From Patescibacteria group bacterium (lineage in GTDB: Bacteria; Patescibacteriota; Patescibacteriia; UBA1558; GWA2-36-10): DNA of 64,000 bases. This document shows positions 49,140-61,045 of the stretch, in pieces. The notes beneath the pieces are model-generated. The model was not told the origin of the DNA, did not search any database, and was given only the letters and a program-made list of their open reading frames with translations. Location of the stretch: positions 64,067 to 128,066 of the forward strand of contig JAQUKX010000001.1 of NCBI GenBank assembly GCA_028718865.1, given 5' to 3'. Every line of letters begins with the position of its first letter. Position 1 is the stretch's first letter. The position numbers were made by a program, and so were the translations under genes.

Positions 49140-49565
49140 TTAATCTTCTATTTTGACGCCCATTTGTCTGGCTGTGCCGGCAATGATTTTTTTGGCGGCT
49201 TCCAGATCATTGGTGTTTAGATCTGGCATTTTAGCTTTGGCAATTTCCGCCAGCTGAGCCTGAGAAATCTTGCCAACTTTTTCCTGCAGGGGTTTGCCTG
49301 ATCCTTTGGGTAAATTCAAAGCTTTTTTTATCATCTCTGAAGCCGGCGCTGTCTTAAGCACAAAAGTAAAAGTCCGGTCTTGATAAATCGTCAGTTCTAC
49401 CGGCACAATTTCTCCGGGACGGTCTTTGCTGGCCTCATTGAACTTGGTGCAAAATTCCTGAATATTTAGGCCGTGAGGTCCCAAAGCCGTGCCCACCGGT
49501 GGCGCCGGCGTGGCTTTAGTTCCCGGAATCTGCAGCTTGATGATTTGTTTGATTTCTTTTGCCAT
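49140..49565 (-). CDS. rplK: 50S ribosomal protein L11
   Basis: 141-aa L11 (QIKLQIPGTKATPAPPVG...). ATG verified. Confidence 0.95.
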   Translation of the reverse strand: MAKEIKQIIKLQIPGTKATPAPPVGTALGPHGLNIQEFCTKFNEASKDRPGEIVPVELTIYQDRTFTFVLKTAPASEMIKKALNLPKGSGKPLQEKVGKISQAQLAEIAKAKMPDLNTNDLEAAKKIIAGTARQMGVKIED

Positions 49566-49600
49566 ATGAATGCTTGTTTACGAGGTCTTAATGCTCGGAT

Positions 49601-49627
49601 CGACTAAAACCAAGCTCCCTCAATAAT
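49601..49627 (-). promoter_or_regulatory. second copy of the conserved leader motif, upstream of rplK
   Basis: Minus strand reads AUUAUUGAGGGAGCUUGGUUUUAGUCG, about 36 nt upstream of the rplK ATG. GAGG...CCUC pairing potential flanks it in both copies. Confidence 0.4.
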
Positions 49628-49637
49628 AAATATTAAT

Positions 49638-50183
49638 TTATATTTTTTTGATTTGGAGAAAATCCAGCTCCACCGGAGTTTCCCGGCCGAACATGGAAAC
49701 CAAAACTTTTACCTTGCCACGAGCCTGATCAATATCAGAAATCTTGCCTTCATAATCCTTGAAAGGCCCGTCGCTGATTTTGACCATATCTCCCTCATCC
49801 AGATCAATCTTGAATTCCGGCTCTTCCTTACCCATCCTCTGCATCAGAGCTTTTATTTCTGATTCGGAAACCGGCGTAGGCGTAGTGCCTGAGCCGACAA
49901 AACCAGTAACATTAGGGGTATTTCTCACTACATACCAAGAAGCGTCAGTGACTATCATATTGACTAGCACATAGCCGGGAAAAATTTTTTCCTTGACCGT
50001 TCGACGCTTGCCGTTTTTTATCTTAATTTTGGTTTCAGTAGGAATCAAAACATCAAAAATCTTGTCTTCCATATCCATAGACTCAATACGCTGTTTGAGA
50101 TTGCGAGAGACATTTTCCTCATAGCCGGAATAGGTATGAAGCACATACCAGCGGCGACCTTGTTGTCCGGTTTGCTTTGACAT
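49638..50183 (-). CDS. nusG: transcription antiterminator NusG
   Basis: NGN plus KOW domains (GDMVKISDGPFKDYEGKI). Confidence 0.9.
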   Translation of the reverse strand: MSKQTGQQGRRWYVLHTYSGYEENVSRNLKQRIESMDMEDKIFDVLIPTETKIKIKNGKRRTVKEKIFPGYVLVNMIVTDASWYVVRNTPNVTGFVGSGTTPTPVSESEIKALMQRMGKEEPEFKIDLDEGDMVKISDGPFKDYEGKISDIDQARGKVKVLVSMFGRETPVELDFLQIKKI

Positions 50184-50209
50184 ATGATTGAAATCTTAAA
50201 AATTTAAAA

Positions 50210-50392
50210 TTAGCTTATCACTAGCTCCAGAATTTTTACCAGCAAAAAGTCCACCAGCCCCAAAAATAAAGCTACAGCCAAAGACACGCCGATAACCACC
50301 AAAGTATGATTGATAGTTTTTGCCCGATTGGGCCAGGCCACTTTGGCCAACTCGGCTTTGGACTCATTGAGATATTTGCCTAACTTGTTCAT
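50210..50392 (-). CDS. secE: preprotein translocase subunit SecE
   Basis: 60-aa single-TM protein in the conserved secE-nusG-rplK-rplA order. Confidence 0.8.
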   Translation of the reverse strand: MNKLGKYLNESKAELAKVAWPNRAKTINHTLVVIGVSLAVALFLGLVDFLLVKILELVIS

Positions 50393-50548
50393 TTCTTTAA
50401 AATTCAGGTTTTTTAAAACAGCTTCTGCGGCTGTTTAATAACAAAATAACTATAGCACAAAAAAAATATTTTGGCAAGAGCAAAGAAAAAACAAAAACCA
50501 AGCCCTATAATCCAGCGCCTGCCCGCACTGAAAAACTAGCTCAATCGG

Positions 50549-52648
<2,100 letters not shown>

Positions 52649-52758
52649 TTATTTTTTTCTGGTCATTTTAACTCAAATTACGCCTATATTTTAGCACGAA
52701 AAAAAGAAAAAAACAAGCAAAAAAGGCCTATTGGTTCTGCTTATTTTTTTCTCTTATT

Positions 52759-55191
52759 TTAGCGCAATTTTGCCTCAAATTTTTTCACCAGAATCGCCAA
52801 AATTTCTGCCATAATTTTATCTATATCTTCAGCCAAAAGCGTCCGTTCATCACTTCTAAATTCCAAGTGAAAAGCCACTGATTTTTTACCCGGCTCAATC
52901 CCCTGGCCAGCAAAGACGTCAAAGGGCTCCAACTGCCTGATCAAAGGATTGATTTTTTTGATTTCTTTTTCCAAATCCCGCCAAGCTGTCTGACTGGAAA
53001 CAATAACCGCCATATCACGATAGACTGCCGGAAACTTGGGCAAAGCTTTATGCTTTTTGCTCCAACTCAAATATTTGACCAGCAAAGCAAAGTCCAGATC
53101 CCAAAAAGCAACATTGACTTTGGCCTTGTTTTCTTTGACCAGCAAATTTTCATCTAAAATTCCGAATTGCCCCAAAGCCAGTTCTTGGGTATTTATCTGA
53201 TAAGCAAAACGGCCATAAGGAAGTTTTTGTTCTGCTAGTTCATATTCAATGTTTAATTTCTCCAGCAATGCTTCCAATAGGCCTTTGACCGATAAAAATA
53301 CTTCTTCCTGATTCTTTTGGCTTAGCTCTAGGCCGGACAAACGCTTGTCTTGACGAGGCAAAAACTTCTTGCGGCTAGCATCGCTGTGAAAAACTCCTTT
53401 GTTTTTTTTGTCAAAAACCCGCTCCAGTTCAAAAATCTTAAAATTATCAAACCAGCGCAAATTCTCTTGGGCCTTTTTAAACAAATTGGGCAAAAGCGAC
53501 AAATTAAGATAAGTCTGCTCAGGACTCAAAGCGTTTTTTACTTTGACATGATCACTTAGATCCAATTCCATTTTTTTTATCCAGGACTGATCGCTAAAAG
53601 GATAAGTCATCAACTGATGATAGCCTTGGCTCAAAGCCAGCCACTTGACGAGCTCCCTTTCAGTATATAGGGCGATATCCACCATGGGTTTTTCCAGAGA
53701 CACCAGCGGCAGTTTTGGATCAATATTGTTATAGCCATAAATACGAGCTATCTCTTCTACTATATCCTCGGCTATGGACAAATCTTTTGTTGCCCGCCAG
53801 CTGGGAACCTGGATATAAAAAGTTTTGTGCTGGTAGCGGAAATCAAATTCCAAACGCTTCAAGATACTTTTTATCTCGGCGGTTTGGATAATCTGGCCGC
53901 AGCGACGGTTGATAAGATCTTCTTCTACTTCAATACTTATAGCTTTGAAAGGATTGTTGTCTATATCTAGCAAATCGCTGGCCACATAAGCTTCAGGGCA
54001 AAGAGACAAAATAAGCTCAGCGGCTCTTTTTATGGCCAGTTGGGTCAATAAGGGGTCTAGGGATTTTTCAAAACGAGACGAGCTCTCAGTTCTTAGTCCT
54101 AAGGCGCTGGAAGTGCGGCGGATATTGACTGCTCGGAAATTGGCCGACTCCAAAATAATATCTTTGGTCTGATCGCTGATTTCGCTATTTTGTCCGCCGA
54201 TAATACCAGCCAAGGCAACATACTTATCTTTGTCCGCTATCATCAAGGCGCCGGCTGGCAACTTGCGGCTCTGGCCATCAAGACTGACGAATTTATCACC
54301 CTTTTGAGCCTGTTTGACAATTATTTTATGACCGCTGATTTCTTTAGCATCAAAAGCATGCAAGGGCTGGCCCAGCTCGTACATCAAATAATTACTCACA
54401 TCAACAATATTGTTTATCGGCCTAATACCGACTGCCGCCAAACGATTTTTTAGCCACCAAGGAGACTCAGCTACGCTGATATTTTTGATAGCCAAGGCCT
54501 GATAACGAAAACAATTTTCTTTGTCCTCCACTACGGCTTTTAGCTTAAGCTCGTTTTTGCTTTTTATCTCCGGCGTTTTGTAAGGCGCTAGTTTCAATTT
54601 ATAAATTGCCGCCAGTTCGCGAGCTAGGCCGTACTGCCCCCAAAGATCCGGGCGATGGTTAATAGATTTATTGTCAATATCAATAATCTGGTCATTGAGC
54701 TCCAGAGCTTCAGCCAAGGACTGGCCCGGTTTTATCTTTGTTCCCGATAAAATAAGAATCTCGCCCGACTCAAAAGACGGAAACAAAGTTTCCAGACCTA
54801 TTTCATCAGCCGCGGCAATCATGCCTTGGGATTCTATGCCTCTGATTTTGGTTCTGTCCAGCTGGACATAATCACCCTGGCCATGCCATTTCACTTTGGC
54901 GCCAGGCAAAGCCAAGGCTACTAGTATTCCCTTACTAAGATTGGTGCCACCGCAGACGATTTGCTCTGTACTCAGACCGATGTTGACTTGACAGACTTGC
55001 AATTTATCAGCATTGGGATGCTTGGCTATTTCCTCCACTTTGCCGACAATTATATTTTCCAAAGCTGCCGACTGATCTATCAGTTCTTCCACCTCTACCG
55101 TTGACATAGTCAAAGCCAAAGCCAAATCTTTTGGCGAGGCATCTTTCGGGAGCTTAAGCCAGTCTTTTACCCAATTGAGTGATAAATACAT
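52759..55191 (-). CDS. pheT: phenylalanyl-tRNA synthetase beta subunit
   Basis: 810-aa ORF with tRNA-binding, B3/B4 and B5 domains. Adjacent to pheS. Confidence 0.9.
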   Translation of the reverse strand: MYLSLNWVKDWLKLPKDASPKDLALALTMSTVEVEELIDQSAALENIIVGKVEEIAKHPNADKLQVCQVNIGLSTEQIVCGGTNLSKGILVALALPGAKVKWHGQGDYVQLDRTKIRGIESQGMIAAADEIGLETLFPSFESGEILILSGTKIKPGQSLAEALELNDQIIDIDNKSINHRPDLWGQYGLARELAAIYKLKLAPYKTPEIKSKNELKLKAVVEDKENCFRYQALAIKNISVAESPWWLKNRLAAVGIRPINNIVDVSNYLMYELGQPLHAFDAKEISGHKIIVKQAQKGDKFVSLDGQSRKLPAGALMIADKDKYVALAGIIGGQNSEISDQTKDIILESANFRAVNIRRTSSALGLRTESSSRFEKSLDPLLTQLAIKRAAELILSLCPEAYVASDLLDIDNNPFKAISIEVEEDLINRRCGQIIQTAEIKSILKRLEFDFRYQHKTFYIQVPSWRATKDLSIAEDIVEEIARIYGYNNIDPKLPLVSLEKPMVDIALYTERELVKWLALSQGYHQLMTYPFSDQSWIKKMELDLSDHVKVKNALSPEQTYLNLSLLPNLFKKAQENLRWFDNFKIFELERVFDKKNKGVFHSDASRKKFLPRQDKRLSGLELSQKNQEEVFLSVKGLLEALLEKLNIEYELAEQKLPYGRFAYQINTQELALGQFGILDENLLVKENKAKVNVAFWDLDFALLVKYLSWSKKHKALPKFPAVYRDMAVIVSSQTAWRDLEKEIKKINPLIRQLEPFDVFAGQGIEPGKKSVAFHLEFRSDERTLLAEDIDKIMAEILAILVKKFEAKLR

Positions 55192-55233
55192 AATTATTTG
55201 CTAATAGTTTATGATCTATAACTAATTTAACTA

Positions 55234-56244
55234 TTAAAATTGTTTCAAAAATCGCAAATCACCGGAGCTAAGCAAGCGAATATCATTGATACGATATTTC
55301 ATCATTACCAGCCTAGTCAATCCCAGACCAAAAGCAAAACCGCTATAATTGGCCGGATCTATTCCGCCAGCTTTCAAAACCTCAGGATGGACCAAGCCGC
55401 AAGGCATCAGCTCTAGCCAGCCTGACTGCTTGCAAACCGAGCAGCCAGCGCCATCGCAAATCAGGCATTTGATATCCATCTCAAAACCGGGCTCCACAAA
55501 AGGAAAAAATCCGGGCCGCAATCTCACTGCAACATCCTTGCTAAAAACCAGAGATAAAAATGCCTGCATCGTGGCGATCAAATTGCCGATATTTATATCC
55601 TTGTCTACCATCAAGCCTTCCAACTGATAAAAAGTATGTTCATGACTGGCATCGGTCGCCTCATTTCTAAACACTCGGCCGGGAAAAATCCCCCGAAAAG
55701 GCGCCCCGTATTTTTCCAACATTCTTACTTGCAAATTGGAAGTCTGGCTTCTCAGCAGCCAGCCGCCTTCTAGCCAAAAAGTATCCTGACTGTCTCGAGC
55801 CGGATGATCAGCCGGAGTATTGAGAGCCGTAAAATTATAATAATCCGATTCCAGCTGCGGACCGTCATACACCATAAAGCCCATTTGCTTAAAAGCTTCT
55901 TCCACTTCGTACTGGACAATGGTAGAAGGGTGCAAATGACCAACAGCATTTCTTCTGCCCGGCATGGTCGGATCAAAATCGGTCTCGGCGGCTGCTTTTT
56001 TTTCTTTGACAGCTTTTTCCAAGCTGGCAAAAATATCCCCCAGCTCTTTTTTTACTTCATTGACCAGTTGGCCGGCTCGCGGTCTTTCTTCTTCAGCTAG
56101 GTTTTTTACTTCTTTCAAAAACCGAGCCAGTTCGCTTTTGCGTCCAAGATACTTTGTTTTGAGTTGAGCCAAAAACTGACTGTCGCTTACATCTTTAATT
56201 TCCTGAACCAGCTTGTCCTTTATTTTTTTCAAATCCTCTTCCAT
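55234..56244 (-). CDS. pheS: phenylalanyl-tRNA synthetase alpha subunit
   Basis: Class II core is present. Start is likely MEEDLKKIKDKL (ATG 56242-56244), which aligns with the E. coli PheS N-terminus. Confidence 0.9.
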   Translation of the reverse strand: MEEDLKKIKDKLVQEIKDVSDSQFLAQLKTKYLGRKSELARFLKEVKNLAEEERPRAGQLVNEVKKELGDIFASLEKAVKEKKAAAETDFDPTMPGRRNAVGHLHPSTIVQYEVEEAFKQMGFMVYDGPQLESDYYNFTALNTPADHPARDSQDTFWLEGGWLLRSQTSNLQVRMLEKYGAPFRGIFPGRVFRNEATDASHEHTFYQLEGLMVDKDINIGNLIATMQAFLSLVFSKDVAVRLRPGFFPFVEPGFEMDIKCLICDGAGCSVCKQSGWLELMPCGLVHPEVLKAGGIDPANYSGFAFGLGLTRLVMMKYRINDIRLLSSGDLRFLKQF

Positions 56245-56254
56245 AAAAATTTTT

Positions 56255-56647
56255 TCAATTTTTATCCCCTCTTTTTTTAAACAAGGCAATGACAAACTCC
56301 ACCAAAGCAGCCAAAAGCGCCAGCAAGCTGATATTCCACCAGGTCAAGAGCCGCTCGGCTTGCAAAAGCAAAGCCACGATAATGGCCAAAGAAAAAATCA
56401 AAGACTGGCGAAAAGACTCAAAAGCCATAAAACGAGGCTGGCGTTTTTTGCGGTTGAGCAAAAGCCTCAACCAAAAACCCAAAAGCGCCCAAGTGCCCAA
56501 CAATGCCAAAAACAAAACAAGATAAAACAAAACAAAAATAAGCCTATCAATTTGCTCCGGATCAAAATTGGCTATTAGTATCAAAAATCCCAGCCAGGCC
56601 AAAGCCGTGGCCAAAAGCATGGAAATATTGTAGCTTTTAGCTGTCAT
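56255..56647 (-). CDS. hypothetical small membrane protein
   Basis: 130-aa ORF with 3-4 TM helices. Confidence 0.45.
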   Translation of the reverse strand: MTAKSYNISMLLATALAWLGFLILIANFDPEQIDRLIFVLFYLVLFLALLGTWALLGFWLRLLLNRKKRQPRFMAFESFRQSLIFSLAIIVALLLQAERLLTWWNISLLALLAALVEFVIALFKKRGDKN

Positions 56648-56786
56648 AACTACTCAATTCTACAAGAAAAAAGCGTAAAAATCAACCTGCAAACAAAATA
56701 CTTTTAGAAGGAGGCGAAACGCAGCTGGTATCAGCTTTGTTTCGCCTGCCTGGGAAAGAACAGTAGGCTTAGGAAAGGAAAAATGG

Positions 56787-57077
56787 TCATAACTCGACCT
56801 CAATAGCTTCGTCATGAACCACTATCCGGCCGAAATCTGCCGAAATAGCCAGATGAGACCATTCTCTGTATTGAATAACTTGCTCCCAAAGGCGAGCAAT
56901 GCCCCAACGGCCTTCCTTGCGGAGAGTTGTCAAAAGCTCTTGAGCTCGCACATGATAATAGCCATCAGCGGCAAAGGAATCGTCTACTCTCAAATAGAGT
57001 CCGCGAAGACCTCCACGCAAAACTAGATCAACACCGGATATTTCCGGACAAGCAATGACTAAAATCACCACGGCCAA
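56787..57077 (-). CDS. hypothetical protein (possibly DUF503-like)
   Basis: 96-aa ORF in locally GC-richer sequence. Weak family resemblance only. Confidence 0.35.
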   Translation of the reverse strand: MAVVILVIACPEISGVDLVLRGGLRGLYLRVDDSFAADGYYHVRAQELLTTLRKEGRWGIARLWEQVIQYREWSHLAISADFGRIVVHDEAIEVEL

Positions 57078-57127
57078 ACCTCCCTGTAAAAGACCAAAGC
57101 CTAGAACCTTCTAAAAATATTCTGTTT

Positions 57128-57424
57128 TTAATTTAAAAATCTCAAGGTACTGACTGTTTTATATGCCTGCCTGTCATTAAGCCGGCTGATAAAAAAATCT
57201 CTTTGCTCTACAAGGCTATGATACAAATCATCAGCCAAGACAGCAATGCTCAATTCTCCATCCTGCCAGTAAACTGCCCGAGCTTTATCTAGGCTGTCAG
57301 CGCCAAAAATCTCTGCCAACAATTCATTGGCCTGGCTAAGCAAAAGCGCCTGACGGGCTTTTTCTTTGATGCCTTTTTTCTCCAAAGAGCTATCGGCCAA
57401 ATCTTTAATGTTTGTCCAGGACAT
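57128..57424 (-). CDS. DUF721/DciA-like small protein
   Basis: 98-aa ORF with a ...WQDGELSIAVLADDLYHSLVEQRDFFISRLND pattern like DUF721. Confidence 0.5.
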   Translation of the reverse strand: MSWTNIKDLADSSLEKKGIKEKARQALLLSQANELLAEIFGADSLDKARAVYWQDGELSIAVLADDLYHSLVEQRDFFISRLNDRQAYKTVSTLRFLN

Positions 57425-57428
57425 AAGC

Positions 57429-60395
57429 TTAGTTTTTATTCAAATTGGTATAAGGACAAACGCTTTTGAAATCACAATAACTGCAAACATGGCCGGGGCT
57501 AGCGCTAAAATCATGAGACAATATCTTTTCTATAGTAGTCACTATCCAATCCTTGGTTTTGGCAATATCTTTTTCCTGGCCGACAAAAGACAGAGGTTGA
57601 TTGTTTTCCAAATAATAAAAAGTGAGATTGTTTATTTTTTGGCCAAAAACCTCTTCCGCAGCTATCTGATAAATCAGTAATTGTTTTTTGTCATCAAAGT
57701 CCAGCTTAGTCTTGGGCCGGCCGGTCTTGTAATCAATGATTTCCCAGCCACCTGCCAAGGCATCCACTCTGTCAAAAACACCTCGCAGACTGTAATCTTT
57801 TATCTTGATAGTAAAGCCTTTTTCCAAAAATAAAGGCACCCGCCAATTGTCTTTGAACTTGCGATAAAACTCTTTGAGCTGTTTGATGCCCGACTGATAG
57901 TACTTGTCTTTCTGCTGCTGGTCTTGATACCAGTCATCAATCCAGGATTGTTTGTAGAATTCCAAGAGATCCTTTTCAGTCGGATGAGGCGGCTCAATAT
58001 TTTTTTTGTTTTTGCCAAACAAATCTCCCTGCTTGGCTTCAGCGCGACTGATCATCAACTGATAAAATTTCTGCAAAGCTGAGTGCATGGTCTTGCCGAA
58101 GCTAAATTGAGCACTGCCACGACTGGGCACCTTGGCAACAAAATTATAAAAATACTGCCAGGGACAGGCCTCGTAAGCTTTGAGCTGGGAAAAAGAAAAA
58201 GTCTTGGGTAAAGGATATTTTACTTTCTCAATCTTGGGATTGAGGTCTTTTGGCTTTTCTAACGAAAGCTTGGCTTCAGAAGAAGCAATGTCTAGCTCAT
58301 CGATAAATCTGGAAGGTTTTTTGGCCGTGGCTCCGCCGTAATTTTTGGCCCAAGTAAGATAAACTGCTTTTTTGGCTCGGGTCAAGGCTACATAAAACAA
58401 ACGCCTTTCTTCCTGCAAATGCGCGTCGCCGCTGGGCAGAGTTTCCTTGATAAAAACCTCGGGGATCTCTATAGCATCTTTTCTCTCTATGGAAGGAAAG
58501 CGCAAATGAACCAAGTTGGTGATAAAAACATATTTAAACTCCAAGCCCTTGGCGCCGTGGACGGTCATCACTTTTATCACATCCGGACCAGCTTCGCTGT
58601 CATATTGCAAAGCGCCCATTTCTCCAGATTCTAGCTCCAGATTGAACTTGGCCAAAAAATTGTGCACCGAATTATCGCCCAGCGCTTCCTCCTCCCACTG
58701 GCGGATTTTTTTGAAAAATTGATTGAGGAAATGCAGCTGTTCTTGATTGTACTGATTTTGCTCCAGAGTGAGCATCTGCAAATATCCGCTGTCTTCCAGC
58801 CACTGATAAATCACCCGCGAAACACTGGCCGTCTTGCCCAGCTCAGTATGCTGGCTGATATTTTTCAAAAGCTCAGTCAAAATCCTCTGCTCGCCTAAAG
58901 GCAGATTTATCTGCCCTGGATAATTTTTGGCGGCATAATACAAGCTCCAGCTTTTTTTACTGGCCAAATGAGACAAGTCAATGATGGTCTGCACCTGCAA
59001 ATTGGTAACACCCAAGCTCAAAATACGAAAAAAAGCCGGCGATTCATGATAATTGTCCAAAAGCTTCAAATAAGCGACAATATCCTGAACCACGTCCTGG
59101 GCATAGAGACCGCGCGAAGCCATAAACTGATGCGGCAAGCCCCTTTTTCTCATCATAGAAACAAAACCCTGCGCTTGATCATTGGCTCTGACCAAAATGG
59201 CAAAATCAGACCAGCGAGCCGACTGATCACTTTTTCTCAAATTCATTATCTTGTCCAAGATGCCGTCAATTTCCGAATCCTTATCCGGATAAGCCAAAAC
59301 CGCCACTTCGCCTTTATCATCGCTGTGGCTGACTAATTTTTTATTCAAAATAATTTTTTTGGCGCTCTTGGCCGAAGTGGTCTTGCTGCTCTTTGGCCTA
59401 TACTGGTATTCCAAACGATCGGGATTGTTGAGCTGGATAAAATCATAAGCAGCGTCCAGAATCTTCTGGCCGCTGCGATAATTATCGAGCAAAAATATCT
59501 CTTTTAAGTTTGGGTAATCTTTTTTGAAATTCAAAATATTGGAAATGGCTGCCCCGCGGAATTTGTAAATCGCCTGATCATCATCGCCGACCGCCATAAT
59601 GTTGTTTTTGGGAGCCGCCAGTATTTTGACCAGCTCATATTGCGCCCAGTTGGTGTCCTGAAACTCATCGACCAAAATATATTTGAATTGCTCTCTGAAT
59701 TTTTTGAGAATCTGCGGCCGCTTTTGAAAAAGCCTAAGCGTGTAATTGATCAAATCACCAAAATCCATGGCATCTCTATCTAAAAGCAGTTGTTGATAAA
59801 CATGATAGGCATTGGCCAGTTCCCGCTGGCGCAGTATTTCCATCTCCCTTTCCTCCCTGTCTAGAGCTTGATCGCTGTCCAGCTGGAGATTTTGGGCATA
59901 CTCCAGATAATCTTCAGGCGAAATCACTTCATCTTTGAGGCGGGAAAAATGAGTTAAAAGAGCGTGGATAAAACGACTGGGGCTGCCCAAAGGAGAATAA
60001 TAATCCAAATTAAATTTATCAAGATTTTCTCTGACCAAAAGCCAAGCAGCGGTAGTATCCAAAAGCTTGAAGTCATTGCTAAGACCAATATCAATAGCAT
60101 GATTTTTGAGCACCCGATCGCAAAAACCGTGAAAAGTATGCACCCATAAATCAGCATAGCCCAGAGGCAAAAGTTTATCCACTCTCTCGGACATTTCGCC
60201 AGCAGCTTTTTCAGTAAAAGTAAGCGCCAGAATCTCCTCTGGTCTAGCCTTGCCTTGTTCCACCAAATAAGCTAATTTTTGGGTAATAACCGTGGTCTTG
60301 CCCGTACCGGCGCCAGCTATCAGAATAAGAGGGCCTTGGTCATGAAGCAAGGCCTCTTTTTGAGCCAAATTGAGATAAGACAAGTCTATAGCCAT
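57429..60395 (-). CDS. UvrD/PcrA-type SF1 helicase fused to a C-terminal PD-(D/E)xK nuclease domain with 4-Cys cluster (AddA/AddB- and Cas4-like)
   Basis: Walker A (AGAGTGKTT) and UvrD motifs are in the N-terminal region. The C-terminal region has CPWQYF...IDYKTG...CSYCDF...CPY. Confidence 0.8.
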   Translation of the reverse strand: MAIDLSYLNLAQKEALLHDQGPLILIAGAGTGKTTVITQKLAYLVEQGKARPEEILALTFTEKAAGEMSERVDKLLPLGYADLWVHTFHGFCDRVLKNHAIDIGLSNDFKLLDTTAAWLLVRENLDKFNLDYYSPLGSPSRFIHALLTHFSRLKDEVISPEDYLEYAQNLQLDSDQALDREEREMEILRQRELANAYHVYQQLLLDRDAMDFGDLINYTLRLFQKRPQILKKFREQFKYILVDEFQDTNWAQYELVKILAAPKNNIMAVGDDDQAIYKFRGAAISNILNFKKDYPNLKEIFLLDNYRSGQKILDAAYDFIQLNNPDRLEYQYRPKSSKTTSAKSAKKIILNKKLVSHSDDKGEVAVLAYPDKDSEIDGILDKIMNLRKSDQSARWSDFAILVRANDQAQGFVSMMRKRGLPHQFMASRGLYAQDVVQDIVAYLKLLDNYHESPAFFRILSLGVTNLQVQTIIDLSHLASKKSWSLYYAAKNYPGQINLPLGEQRILTELLKNISQHTELGKTASVSRVIYQWLEDSGYLQMLTLEQNQYNQEQLHFLNQFFKKIRQWEEEALGDNSVHNFLAKFNLELESGEMGALQYDSEAGPDVIKVMTVHGAKGLEFKYVFITNLVHLRFPSIERKDAIEIPEVFIKETLPSGDAHLQEERRLFYVALTRAKKAVYLTWAKNYGGATAKKPSRFIDELDIASSEAKLSLEKPKDLNPKIEKVKYPLPKTFSFSQLKAYEACPWQYFYNFVAKVPSRGSAQFSFGKTMHSALQKFYQLMISRAEAKQGDLFGKNKKNIEPPHPTEKDLLEFYKQSWIDDWYQDQQQKDKYYQSGIKQLKEFYRKFKDNWRVPLFLEKGFTIKIKDYSLRGVFDRVDALAGGWEIIDYKTGRPKTKLDFDDKKQLLIYQIAAEEVFGQKINNLTFYYLENNQPLSFVGQEKDIAKTKDWIVTTIEKILSHDFSASPGHVCSYCDFKSVCPYTNLNKN

Positions 60396-60485
60396 GGATA
60401 TATTTTAGCGAAAAAAATCCTTCTTGGCAAAGGTTTTTAGCAAAACAAAAAAGCCCTTAAACAAGGCGATTTTGGTATTTTATTA

Positions 60486-60935
60486 TTATTCCAAAACTAC
60501 ATATTCCAGAGCTTGGGGCACGGATTTGCTATAAGCCATGATTATCTCCAGATCGTCGGGCAGTTCTTTGGCTAGAATTTCCTTGATAGCCAAAAGATCT
60601 TGCTTGTATTTATCCTCTTCTTCCTGAGCTGATTTGAAATTCTGGCTACCGCCGTAAGCTTGGCTGTCCCAATTCCACAAAAGCAAAATCTTCTTGATGC
60701 CGTGAAGATTTTTGGACACAGCCACTATTTTTTCAATAAAAGAAAGCTTAAAACCATTGTTTTTGAGGACATCCTTGGCTGATCCTGGCCAAGCATAAAG
60801 GTCAAAATCTTTATAACCCAAGCCCTTTTCCACAAACTCCTGATCGGATTCGCGGAAGCGAAAATCCACGCATTTGATCAAAGCCAAAGAACACTGCTTT
60901 TTCTCTAAATTATCATTGGGAACCGTAAAGTTCAT
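60486..60935 (-). CDS. hypothetical protein
   Basis: 149-aa ORF. No family recognised. Confidence 0.45.
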   Translation of the reverse strand: MNFTVPNDNLEKKQCSLALIKCVDFRFRESDQEFVEKGLGYKDFDLYAWPGSAKDVLKNNGFKLSFIEKIVAVSKNLHGIKKILLLWNWDSQAYGGSQNFKSAQEEEDKYKQDLLAIKEILAKELPDDLEIIMAYSKSVPQALEYVVLE

Positions 60936-61045
60936 AAATATTAGCCAATTTTTAAATTTTTGCTAAAAAATAAAAGCGGCTCCACTATATATTAGCCGCT
61001 ATTAAATGTCAAGGGAATAAATACGACTCGCCAAACTCTAAGGCT

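Noticed and set aside
50393-50548. tRNA (for example tRNA-Trp) upstream of secE, as in many bacteria
   Set aside because: No cloverleaf or T-loop (GGTTCGAAT-like) sequence is present. Only a short hairpin was seen.
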